A DNA stretch of 64,000 bases from Raillietiella orientalis (lineage: Eukaryota), in contig JAYWIR010000003.1 in NCBI GenBank assembly GCA_036172245.1, forward strand, positions 1,674,001-1,738,000. Reading direction: 5' to 3'. The first letter of the stretch is position 1. Each line of letters begins with the position of its first letter. This document shows, piece after piece, positions 11,496-23,224 of this stretch. The translations under genes and the position numbers were made by a program. The notes beneath the pieces are model-generated. The model made no database searches and had not been told where the DNA came from. It saw only the letters and a program-made list of their open reading frames with translations.

Positions 11496-12403
11496 TCTTA
11501 GGGAACATCTAGGAAAAGATCGGTACTTCTGTGTTTTAGCAATCAAGGTTCAAAGTTTTCATACGAACGGAATCCAACTAAGATTTCAGGATTACAAGTT
11601 TATCCATGCAGCTAAGAGACTAAACTTACTGGCAATCAACGCCGGACCAACCAAAGAAGGACATGAACGCACATGGCGATGAGGGACAGAGGGCCAAACG
11701 CTATCCCACATACTAAACAGATGCAAAAAGCACGTTCCTCTAACGATGCAACGTCATGATTCGATTCAAGAGATCATCAGGAAGGCTGCAGCGGATGAAG
11801 CAAAGTGAAGTCTTATCTCAATCAACCGGAGAGTACCAGGAACCACTTATAGCCTAAAACCACACCTGGTTTTAGAAAAAGAAAATCGTATAAGTGTGCT
11901 GGACTTCTTCTGCCCATATGAAAACGGCCAGGAGACGTTCGGCATAACGGGAAGAATCAAAGAGAAATATAAAGATATCCAATTGCAACTCGGTAGTAGT
12001 AGAAAACAAACAAAAGTACATGCGATCATCGTCGGTTCTCTAGGAGCATGTGGTCCTGCTAATGAAGAAGTAATCCAGTACTTAGGAATACTAAAGAGAA
12101 AGCTTGTGGAGCTTTCTCTCTTGTGCAGCTGAGATACCGGATGGTGACCACCTGTAGCCGGTACTCAAGCGCCATTTATGCAACCCACGTGAAGGAAAAA
12201 AACGACAACCTCCTCAATCACTTAGATAAGGATCTCCCTCCGGAGGATTTCGAGCAAATCAGCGAAGCCCCGTGAGGAAAATATCAACTGCGGAAGACTC
12301 TCCAGAGCATCTTGCATACAAGATTTGTAATCACAAAAAACGAACAATAAATTTTCTTAGAGAACATAGAGGAAAAGATCGGTGCTTCTGTATTTTAGCA
12401 ATC
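11496..12403 (+). repeat. 49-bp direct repeat (11496-11544 and 12355-12403), probable target-site duplication
   Basis: tcttagggaacatctaggaaaagatcggtacttctgtgttttagcaatc vs tcttagagaacatagaggaaaagatcggtgcttctgtattttagcaatc: 44/49 identical, no gaps. Confidence 0.85.
11545..12354 (+). mobile_element. 5'-truncated NeSL/Utopia-like RLE retrotransposon (CCHC plus restriction-like endonuclease end)
   Basis: LRFQDYKFIHAAKRLNLL, QTLSHILNRC...RHDSIQ, LKPHLV..VLDFFCPYEN..KEKY..AIIVGSLG. A few stops are present. AATAAA lies just before the right flanking repeat. Confidence 0.85.
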
Positions 12404-12899
12404 CGTTCTGAAATGCTGCTACCATTCCAGTTCCGTATTTTGATGCTCTGTTGGTTTCTTCTGAAGATTAGCGGCGTCGCATCCTGAAAATGGCGGCCAG
12501 CTGGAAACTTTTTTCATGCAACGGTTCTTTGCATCCTGCTTCTTTGTTCTGATAGGACCTGGAAGTTGAGTGCTTCTGTCTTGTGAAGGAAAAGATTCAC
12601 TGATGTCTTGAATCGCACTTTTGGCATCTTGAATTACAATCCAAGGCATCAAGAGGGAAAGTGAATAAGAGAAACATACGTGTCCCTGGATGGTCCCAGA
12701 AACTGACCGGTCGTTTCACTTGCTCCTACCCAGTCTGCATCACACCGACGGTGCATTGGACGGTGCTGCCCCTACACCGAATCCATCAGGCTGGTGCACC
12801 TCCCCACTGAGGGTGTGCGAGCATGCCAAGGCAAACAAAGGTGGCTGTGGATAGCACCTTCAGTCGACTGGACTTCCACCGCACTGTTCCACAGACCTG

Positions 12900-14040
12900 T
12901 TCAAAAAAATTAATCCGTGGAATGTCACGACTAATTTGAATCCACTACGTGATGGTTCCATCCACACTCTGATGACTTTTTATTTACGCAAAACTTCATT
13001 CTCATCCACATATGTCTTTTCTGCAGTGTGTGTTGTTTTCCCAGAGTGGAAGGAAACACTTATCTGGAACACCTCGTAAAACACAGTGAAGCCTTCTCGA
13101 CCCTCACGGAAGGGTCATCATATCCACGTACTGTATCCCGAGAATAACATTTGGAGAAGCATTTCTGATTTATTTTATCGACTCAGTCACAATCACCAAG
13201 ATTGACTGACGAACTAACGTCTATTGCAGCAGTCCAATTTTGTAATTCGGCTACTGCCCAGCTTTGAGACATGCTCAGGAAAGAATGGGAAAGTCCCTTT
13301 GAGTCCAGAAGAGCGTACGTAAGCACTCGGCCTCCGACTGCTAATCGATCTTTATTGGTCTTCATTCGTGCTTGTGTTGCTCCTTTTCATGATTTCGATT
13401 CCGATATTCGGTCACGTGATCTTCAGCGTTACTCAGTTGAGAGTGGAGTGCACAAAAGGACTTCAGGCGACAGGGACACTGCTGTCCAGACAGTCACAGG
13501 ATGACCGCATCCGATGTTTAGAAACCCAAAAGGAAGACAGATCCTTCTTGTGGACGCAAACAACTGCGTAGATGATTCCTCGATCAGTTTTCGGTTGGCA
13601 CCTTGTCCTCCTGTCTCGGTATCCATCACCAAAGCATCCATCCCCTGCAACAAGTGACAGAAGTTTGATTTGAGGCGAGCTGCTAGTTTCGTGCATCTCT
13701 GCCTGAGGTTTCCCTGAAAGCTGATAAAAGCATAGCAAAGGCATGCATACCGTATGTAAGAAGTTTCACCTTGTATCTCCGGCTTTCGGAATGAAGTAGC
13801 TCAGGTTTCAATGAATTCAAATTCCTCCCCGAGGCCATCGTGAGCATTTGCCTGCCCATATCTGAGAATATAAGCCATATTGGTGTGATTTCGAATCCTC
13901 TTGCATTCCTATGGTTTGCAAAGGAGTTCTTGGTGGCAAGTTCCCGTGCAGTTGCACGACCCTGACAGAGGACTACCTGCCAATGGGTTTATAGTGCTCT
14001 GCCATCAGGGAGTTTCTTCTCTCTGCCGGCTACCTAAGAG
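12900..14040 (-). mobile_element. Decayed R2-group reverse transcriptase fragment
   Basis: AGDGCFG...HKKDLSSFWVS relics (13463..13744 ORF) resemble the DGC.EH and W.D..NAFGS motifs. Confidence 0.4.
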
Positions 14041-14049
14041 CAGGTGATT

Positions 14050-17000
14050 ACAGCGTGATCGGTCATTACCGATCCGGTTGCGCCCTCCGTGGTGCTTTTT
14101 TCAGCTGCAAGGATGCTCTTGAGAAAAAGTACAAACCTTTTCATCCCAAGCGCAAAGCTTCGAAATGCCGATCTATTAGATGGAAAAAATCTCAGCCTCC
14201 TCGACTTGTGGTTTTTTCGTGCCGTTCGATCCCTAAAAGGGTTGAGATTTCAGGATTGGTGAGACCTCAGTAGGCCGGCTGCTTCGAAACGAATGCTGCA
14301 GCTGACTTGGGTTTCACGGATTCAAAAAATTTGGCTTGCTCATCATCCCAATCCTGTTTGCTGAGCGGATACGAGCCTAAGAAGTGAAGTGGTGCGTGTG
14401 TGTTTCTGGATCGCAGTGGAAAAGAAGCACGACCAGTGGCGTGGACTACAAGAAGAATATCCGTGCCCTTTGACCCGAATACTTCAGAGCGTTTCTCTGA
14501 GGAACCACCGATCTGGGACGGTTTTCGATGAGACGCGATCCCCGAGGACAGATGGCACGGAAGATTCTGCGAAAAAAAACTCATTCTCTAACATTCTGAT
14601 GCTGTGTCGTTCTCTCCTGCTTTCGCTGCCTTCCCTCAACCCTCTGTTTTTTTTGCTTTTTTTTTCTTGGTTCTCGCAAAGTACTGAAGAGCCGTTCGCC
14701 TCCTTGGGAGGGGCTCACGAACAGGAAGAAGAGCAGCACGGTTTGATTCCAGGAGGAACCACAAGTTCCTCGGGGGCAAGTTGACTCCACCGCAGTTCCG
14801 TCGCCACAGTGCGCAGAGTGGCAGCATCGCGCGTCCTCCGGCCGCCAAGGAGTTTCGTCCTTTTCGCGATGGTGCAGGAAAACGCCCATCTCGCCGGTTG
14901 GCAGCTGCCGTCGCTTGTCTTCAGGGCAGACAGCGCTGCGGTGACGTGTGGCGGCCAGGGTTGAAAACTCCAACCGAAACTTCACCAAACTTGCATTACC
15001 TTTCCCAGCGGTCTCCTCAGAATATGTCGCAGTCAACAAAGATCTTCAGGACGTATTCCCTGGAATGCGGTCCAGGACTCAACAGTCTCCTGCCGCCAGG
15101 CACTGAAGCTCATTGGGCGCCGGCTGGGCTTCTACTAGAGAAGCCGAGTGCCCGCATCCTGCAACCGGCTGCTAGGCAGCAACCGAGCAGGGTCGGTCCT
15201 TTTAAGGAATTAGGGAATGGAGGGAAGGGAGGGACGATAGGAGACGTGGACAAAAGGGCAGAGCAGTCACCTGGATGGCGCTCCCGAGCTCGCGACCGTC
15301 CTCGAGTTATTCTTCAGGATGGGAATGAAGCAGCTTGAGGGAGGATTCTACGAAATGCCGAACTCGAGGAAGGCTCTTGCAGAACGCGCTTGGCCAGCTG
15401 GGGAACTCGCGGTCGAAGAAATGCCTCCCTCTTGATACCCCAAATGGGATCAGGAAAACGGGATTCTTCGGACTGGGTGGCGCCGTTGGCGCCGTCGCTT
15501 CCCTTTCTCCGTAATTCCTGTTTCCCTGCTGCAGTCAGAGCTCGCCCCACACAATAGGGTTGAGGAACGTTCACGCGCGAAGACGCACAGAGGCGGAAAA
15601 AGACATTCGGAAGCAAAGAGCCACAGGAAAACGCGGATGCGCTTCCACATCCCGGAAGATCATTAAAAATATGCTTTATTATGCATACCTATGCTTATAT
15701 ATACATTAATAAACAAATGTATTTTAGCACATGTGCATTTTTAACATAATATCATTAATGGCAACATTGTTTTAATGTATAAATTCATTGACATGCATAT
15801 TATCAATATAATTAATAATATGAAATAATGTATTATTCATAGTTACATATTTAAGATTATTAAAAACAAACATGCATGTTTATTGTATTTCTCAATATGG
15901 AATAATATATATTAAATATATATTAAATATCGAATTATAAAAGAATAATGGTGACAATTAAAGACAGCAGGAAAAAATAAAAAAGCAAACAAATTGAAAA
16001 AAACAGAAAGAAATTTTGCATTTGATTTTCCTATTATTTTCAACACTCAATCAATGAAACTTTGCTAGAAAATGGCGAATTCTATTTTCGGGATTTCGAG
16101 CGCTTCATATGTATGTGTAATTTATAATTCCCTATTTATGTATTTATTTAATATATATTTCTTACCTATGTCCATTATACATATTGAGATATATAATAAG
16201 CATATGTGTTTATTTTTCATGATCGTTCGGGATTTCGATCGCCACCGAAAAAAAGCAGAATGCCCCAAAGAGTCCCTCCGTCCCAGAAAATGAGGAAGTC
16301 AATGAAAGAAGGGAACAGTTACCAGAAGCAGGAGTTGAGGTAAAAGACTCTGCCATGCCAGTCGCAGGGAACTGCACAAAATCTGAGGCATCTGGGATTT
16401 TGTGCCACCACTACTCGGTCGCCATACGAGGTCGGCTTAAGAACTACTACTCGCATCGTTCTGTGAGACAAAAATTCGCTGGAAAAGTGGTCATCTTTTC
16501 TTTCGGCGCGCTGCTTTCCCGTGAAGTCTCATCTTTTTCTCTTTGTTTTCTCTTCCTCCTCGCCATTGGCAAACCAAGCCCTGCACTCCTCTGGTAACCT
16601 GGTGAAATTTCTCTAGGCTCCATACAAGCCACATCTTCTCCTCTGCAGCAGTCTCATGGTCATCTTTAAGCTCGCTCGTTGTGAAGCGTTATTCCTGATT
16701 ACGTCAAACGGATGGAATTCTCGAGGAGCCCAGCTGGGACTGTGGTAGATGGACCACATAATCCAGGGGAGAAGTCATTTTGATCACTTATTCTATGAGC
16801 AGACTGGTGTGTTGCTGTTACTCAAGCAAGTGAAAGACGTCTTGGGTTTCTGATCAGTCGCAACCTTTGCATACGTCCGTGAGTGGTAAGTCGCTCCTTC
16901 GGGATGAGTTCATGGCGCTGCGTTGCATAAGTCGGTCAGGGAGGTTGAAGGGATTTCGCCTGGCCGATCATCCATATTTACTCTCTCTCTAACGACCTCA

Positions 17001-17100
17001 GATTCTTCGCTTAAGTCGAACTGCGCTTCTGTAGACGACGAATTTTCCGAGCGTTCATGACATCTAGAAGAACATTCTGAAACTACGATAAAAGGAAAGA
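14050..17100 (-). mobile_element. Decayed R2-group element split by a MITE
   Basis: Ordered relics: RSAGLG (about 16580), IKREAF (about 15430), PGDCSALL..GPTLLG..SRSPAGAQ (15110-15275), CPEDKRRQL, NLPP..SPSQGG (14700-14930), IDRHFEAL..KG..QPD (14090-14180). Confidence 0.55.
15651..16231. mobile_element. AT-rich MITE-like insertion with imperfect terminal inverted repeats
   Basis: Left cccggaagatcattaaaaat (15651-15670) vs reverse complement of 16212-16231 cccgaacgatcatgaaaaat (17/20). Both sides are flanked by AT. Abrupt compositional switch. Internal imperfect inverted repeat 15855-15905 vs 16170-16224. Confidence 0.65.
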
Positions 17101-17379
17101 CCGCTTAGAAATAACACCCAATTACTCCTGTTTTCGATTATTTGAGGAAGAAAAAAGATGCAAGGAAACTCATTTAATATCCCTATAGCTTCATTGAAAA
17201 CTTGTGATTTTCCATTTAATTTGAGACACAACGGAGGAAAAGTACTGACGCGAGACAGCGTTTATTTGCTGATGGTTCTTTTTTTATTTTTATTTTTTTT
17301 TTTTTTGGGGGGGGGGAATATTGCAAAATTCAGTCGAATATGATAAAAGTAGCACAATTACGAAAAGTCAGAAATAATG

Positions 17380-19650
17380 GTCCTTTACATTTGAAACTTT
17401 GCCTGGATGTTGCATCACCCGAAGCGTTCTTCCTTTCCAGATTTCTGGAGTTCTAAATTTTGGATGCCATTAGAAACTACTGTTCAACTTGCTCTATGAA
17501 ACAGCTGAATGTAAGCATGCAGGCCGCCCCAGGATAATACAAATTCTAGATCTGAAGGTAATAAAAACAGAAAATTTCAAATAAGATACCAATTTGCAAT
17601 CAGTTTTCAATTTTTGTAACTGGTGGACTTCCCATTCATCAACCTGCTCCATGTGCAGTTCATCTAGACATGAGTATTCCGATGATAAAGTTCCTGAAAG
17701 CCTTTGAAAAAGAATATACAATTCTCATAGGTTCTTAAAAAGAATTGCCGAGTAATTTAAAGATAACAAAACATTCATTGAAGTCCATCAGAACTCTACT
17801 AATACTGAACTCGAAGAATCATTTAAAAGTCAAAGTGCTGATCCAGTGAAAATACATTAAATGTAGCACTACACTTAAAAAAAAAAAAACAAGATTTTGG
17901 GAAGAGTTTGTAGAAATATTTTCTCCACTGGAAATTTGCTTTATATCATGGGTGGAATGTTCTCAGGTTCTTAGATTGTACCTTAATAGAGTACTAAGTT
18001 GTTAGGCAATCGGTTTGAGCAATACTTGGAAGCCGCAGTAAAAGGAATGCCGTTAACTGGAATCCATGCAGAAAATCAACAGAAAAAACTCGGAAGAATT
18101 ATATGTAATGTTTCTAAAAAGAATGAAGTAACTGAGGTGCAAAATTCAGAATATCAAAAACGAAAATCGGCAGCAGTGTAGAAGATCAAAATGGATTGGA
18201 ACTTAGTTCGTCAAACAATTATTTGTTCCCATCTACTTCATCCTTCATTGGAGGGATGCAGGAATTAGTATACTTAGTCGAAACCTGTATACTTGTAATT
18301 CATCTCACATTGCATAAAACGTGGACAATAATTTATTTGACTTATGATCAACTGTCTACAATGAAGTGGTTTGGTTAGTTCCATCGCAACATGGCGCTAA
18401 AGATTATATGAATGTACAGTGGATATAGTAGATAAATCTATTTACAAATCTGAATAAATTAGCAGCTACTTAATGAAAACATTTGGAAAACTGTTGATAG
18501 GCGCAGCTTCCAAAGGTAATTTTTCGAGATCAGTGATACAAGCACATTGATGAAATTATTGAAAAAGAGCACACAAAAAAATATTAACGTCGTTGAGCCA
18601 TAGCTGAACGATCTCAAGCTGAAATAACATTAATTTTGTTTCTGCTGGGTCATAAAACAGTACTGTAATCGAAGAGAATTCCCTTCACCTGTAACATATT
18701 ATCAAAAACAGTTTCGGACTTTTGGAGAATGAATGAGAAGTGGATAAGCATTATTCTGGAAGAAAGTTATTTAAATATGTGCGTGTTGTTTTAAACTGAA
18801 TAATGACTTGTCTTTAAAGTAATGGCTGTTAAATCTATCGCCTATCTATTGTTCGCATTCTTCGTAGTTTACACAAATTACACGACTTCACAAACACAAG
18901 AGAAAACCAGCTATTGCTAAACTTACAGTGCATGTTGTTTCGTACAAATGTTGAACACTAACACATTATTTTACATTGGATACTGCACACTAGTGATCCA
19001 TCTCTTCGTAATCTTAAACAATCCTTTAAGAAGGTTGATTTTGAATATGTTCTCAAAAAATTAATCTAAGAATTCATTTTCAAGTTATTATTGTACACTG
19101 ATCTCATTGTGTTTATTTATTATAGAGTAAATTGATGCATACGCATTAAATTGCTCGAATTCATAAGCATTTGACTGCTATGTTTAAGATAAAATGACCT
19201 GCGGTTGCTGCTTGTATCATAACATTCTGGCAACTCTTATGTACGCTGGAACCTTTGGGTTTTGAATTTGAACACTGTATCCAGCTCGAGCATTTTTTGT
19301 AACCAGTTAAATTTGCATTCGAAAATGTGCTCACCGTGTTGTATGGATTCATCTTTGAGGCTGGATGATTGTATAGAAAGAATTGCTTGCAGTCGATGAC
19401 AAAGCAACGTTGTGGCATAATTGCGTATCCGTGCCCATAATATATCCTGCTGCATCAACTATTAAGTAAGTATTTTCTCTAGAATGACTAGATGAAATGT
19501 CAGTTTTGTATTTGTTATGAAGAAGTTGAAAAATACCAGTGGAAACTGACAAACCGAGAGTAAGAAATGCTTTACGGTGTTTCACCTCCAGTGTTTCATT
19601 TTCCATTAGGATTTTTTAATTGTTCACATCCTATATTGAGATTTTGTTGT
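17380..19650 (-). mobile_element. Decayed hAT-like DNA transposase relic (TTF/ZMYM1-like N-terminus)
   Basis: CFVIDCKQF...TGYKK...SSVHKSC (19161..19418), ITVLFYDP, YIHC, and a C-terminal VEQ.F..SRNL resembling the hAT dimerisation motif. Many stops; AT-rich. Confidence 0.45.
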
Positions 19651-19899
19651 TCCTCAATAAACTAAGGTGAACTCTAGATAAAAATAAATTCCATTCCTCA
19701 TAACCTTTAATAATATTAACATGCCACACTTAAGGAAGATAACTGAAGAAGGGGATGCCATAATTGAGAAATTGTACCACATTTCGAGGAGAATTTTCTG
19801 ATTGAAAGCATCTCTGAATTTCATTTCCTGTTGATAGTGGTTAAGCATAATGTTGGGCATGTTGTGGTTCCTTGTTTTCATTGTTTATTTATTAAATAT

Positions 19900-21000
19900 A
19901 AATATTTAAAATTGTTCAGTTGATTACCAATGCCTTGGCTGCAAGGTATTCAATTTTCTGAGAGAGGAACAGTGTTTATTTCATTTTACAGACGAAATTA
20001 TGAATTCAGCAATGCATGCAAAAGGAATTCCTATCCGAGAAAAGTGAAATGCTATGTCAATTTATCACTTGCTTTTAGTTGTCAATTGATGTTTTCAAGT
20101 TCATGTGTTCCAGCATAATTAGAAAAAGTTTTCATTATGAAGTGGTGTTGCATTTCAAAAAGGAATGCCTAAGTCTAGAAATCTGAAGAGGCTACAAGGT
20201 GTTTGTCAGCAAAGCACTCGTTCCTATCTTTTTTGCATTTTTGCATTCATGTTTGTTTAAAGATATTCAACTTGCATGTAGAAAGAGCATAATATCATAA
20301 CGGATTCATTTGAAATATGTAAATGACTAACATGGATCACTTAATGACTATTATAAGGCCATGAGCCAACTTTACCAGACTGATTCATAATTTTACATGA
20401 GCTTTATTTTAATAACCTTATTTCATTACTGAATATCACGAATATCAATCAGGAACATTGAGAAGCAATTACTGATAGATTGCAAAAGTGTATGGCAGAG
20501 TGGATGCTGCAAGGAACAAAACAAAATGTAGTTTGGTAAAGAAGTCAGCATGTTGCAAAGTTTCTCGGAAAATTCGATTTCAGGCACCCAACGATGCAAA
20601 CCTAGAGAAACTGCTGAAAACATCAGGGAGCGAAAATGTCAAATCAGAAGGGAATAGGGCAGCTTGGTAGTAAACATGTAGATGCTCAGTGATTTTACCA
20701 ATGTGGTCGTTATTCAGTGAATGTTCATCAATAGCTGCATTATTGATGATGGCTTTGGTGTATTAGGCAGTATATTTTTAATCATTCTGACATCCTCCCA
20801 AGCATTGCTTCAACCCTTATCTACTGAAAAATTTATGTTTAAGGATTCAGTGCAAACAGATGCAGAATTTCGTCGATGATGCAAATCAAAGGTGTTTGGT
20901 TCAGCCAAATAAGTGCCATCTTTACTGAGGATCATGTATTTTATTTCGTACCTACATCGAGGCATTGTATTCAGTTGGACCACATTTTTCTATTTCGGAA
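19900..21000 (-). mobile_element. Second decayed hAT/ZMYM1-like transposase relic
   Basis: KFCICLH..G.SNAW (20780-20870) and CFSMFLIDIRDI (about 20450; resembles FSI..DET.DIS). Confidence 0.35.
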
Positions 21001-21069
21001 TTTCTTTGCTATCTAGGAATACATTTTTTTCAGCGCATATTTGATATCCCCTGAAAGCACTCCCCTCCA

Positions 21070-21900
21070 TAGCATCAATTTGGATTACTTCCCTCGAAAT
21101 TTTCCAAATTCGAAGCGCAGCGTGTTCTTGGCGAAGTCGGCTACACGGAAATAGAAGCAGAATGGAATCTCAAATGAAGTTTCTATCATCAGTAACGAAT
21201 GTCAAAATCTGCCCACGCAAGTTCGTCCCCTGGGAAAGAGTCGAAATTGCTTCTCAGGAGCGATGCAGAGGAATGGCATTTGCACCACGTAGATGCTTCA
21301 GATGCTTGGGTCGTTTTACCTTTCATTACCACGGAACTCTTGTCTCCAGCACGATTGAAAGTTTTCTGTAGCGTTGGTTTTCCCCTTTCCGTTTCACTGT
21401 TTCACCAGTGAGATGTTGATTTCCGGTTCGGATTACTTCGATTCGGTCTTCTTTGTGCTTGCGGAAAGGAGGCTCGCCGAGATCTGCTCTCCGCGCACAG
21501 GCTCTGTAGCCGGGATGTTCCTGGATCTCGCGACATGCAGTCATAGGGAAAGTTGATTGGGATTGGGTGGGCCGCCGAACACCAGAAGCACTGAAAGACC
21601 CTGCACTACGCCTTTTCAGGTGTTCACTTCCCTGGCTAAGCGTTACCACCGCGGAGTTCGACCTGCCAGAGCAGTAGTTAATGCCTGTGGTCCGTTACGA
21701 GGCGAATGTGACGTAATGGCTGGGGACCGTTTGCTCTTGGTTTTGGTACACGGGCCCCTCTTGAGTGAGAAGCCGTGGGTCTTTTTTCATGGAGGAAACC
21801 CGAAATTTGTATGCGTAGGGTTTCCTTTCACGTTTCTTCACGCCACATGCCCATCCATCTATATGGGCCGCGAAGGGAAAAACGCACTACTTGTGTAGCC
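21070..21900 (-). mobile_element. Possible decayed R2-group fragment (pre-RT region)
   Basis: Single relic NFDSFPGDELAWADF (about 21210-21250) resembling NTAPG.D.LTY. Confidence 0.25.
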
Positions 21901-23068
21901 GTCTCGTTCCGAGGTGTGTCTCTTTTTTTTTTTTTTTTGGTGGGGTTGTCCCGTGTGGTCTTATACTTCGAGGAAAGTGAGTTTGGCTGCCTCCGCCGTG
22001 TTGTTTTGACCTTTACGCTTTCTGCAACAGTAATAGCGTGTTATCGAACGATGATTAAGGAAAATATGGCTCTAGATCGTTGGAAAATGATAAAGCCGGC
22101 ATTTAAAAAAATGCCATAATGGAAATATCAGAAGTCTCCATCTCGTGGTATGAATAAAGGATTTTTTTTATCATATTCCGTTTGTTTGCTCTATTTGTTG
22201 ATGGATTAATCGAAGCTTTTAATCACTGATAGTTAGTTATAAGGCTACGAGCCGATGCCAACCGCCCGAAGACGGATTCGGGGCAGGTCAGTTGGTCGCT
22301 TGACTCCCAGTCCATTTGTTGGAAGTCCACGACGATGCCCATCCTCGTATGTACCGAGAAGAACGGCATCCTCGCTCGAGTAAAGGTGCACGGTGCCTCT
22401 TGTGTGCTTCCTGTGACGGCAGCTATCTAGCTGTACACTTGTTTAGCTACTAAACACGTGCGTCCCGCAGCCAAAGTCGCAGCTGTGCCCTGTCATTAGA
22501 GTTCGTGAAAAAAACTGCTTGCCTTATTCTCTTAAGGAGGTGTAGTGCAGTGCGTGGTGGAAAATTTTTCGACGTTGCGTTTCTCCCGGGACGAATGGTC
22601 GGATCGCTGCTGCTGCCGCTGCAAAGCGCTTCTTCTTCTTCCTCTTTTTCTTTTTCCCTCTTTGGACGGCGGTGTTTCCCGCTTTTGCGTTTCACTCTGG
22701 TTGCGTGGGGTTGGCCTTCCGGTCCGTGAGCGGTGCTGCACTTTCACGGGCGGTGTGCTCCGTGTTCCCTGTTCGTGCTTTTCCTTGCAGTCAGATTGCC
22801 CGAACCCAGAAGTTATGCCGTTTTCCCTCTGCGATTGGTTTCCTGATCGTACTTTCCTCCGAGCTCCAACCTTGACCCGTACTTCGTGGTAGAGAAAAGT
22901 AATGACGGCCGATGTTTTCACTGCTTGTGGGTTCTTTCCACGGGCTTGCCGGTGCATTCGCATAGAAAGTGTTCACGAAACACCTTATCTGACCATAATC
23001 TAAGAGCTCCCTTTCAGGAATTTTAATGATTGTATCCCACGTGTGTAGATATGATAACATGATAGAGA

Positions 23069-23224
23069 ATGGGCAGAATGCAACTCTTAAGAAGTTGCTT
23101 GTGCTTTCAACCTCAAGAAGAAGTGACTTCTTTAGACTATACTCACACAAATATCACCGAAGTTCCCAAAGAGATTTTTTCCTTCGAGAGAACTTTAGAA
23201 GTTTTAAGCCTCGACTATAATCAG
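23069..23224 (+). CDS. Lap1: LAP gene coding exon 1
   Basis: [14 protein letters not shown]...LSLDYNQ followed by a GT donor at 23225. Confidence 0.9.

Larger units (their letters stand above)
8000..12650 (-). mobile_element. Decayed R2/NeSL-group element, interrupted by a SINE and by a younger RLE copy
   Basis: Ordered minus-strand relics: PDNG..KKWEIP..WLISL (11135-11326), LRKAFGSL (about 11020), LGVQIC and NGDD (10030-10160), LYYVYHDEGIEDL (about 9560), QC....YAVRKHN (about 8560), WVLEITVPTE (about 8300; RLE motif). Confidence 0.6.

Noticed and set aside
20700..20900. Helitron Rep/helicase relic
   Set aside because: Only one weak similarity; neighbouring motifs fit a hAT/ZMYM1-like N-terminus better.
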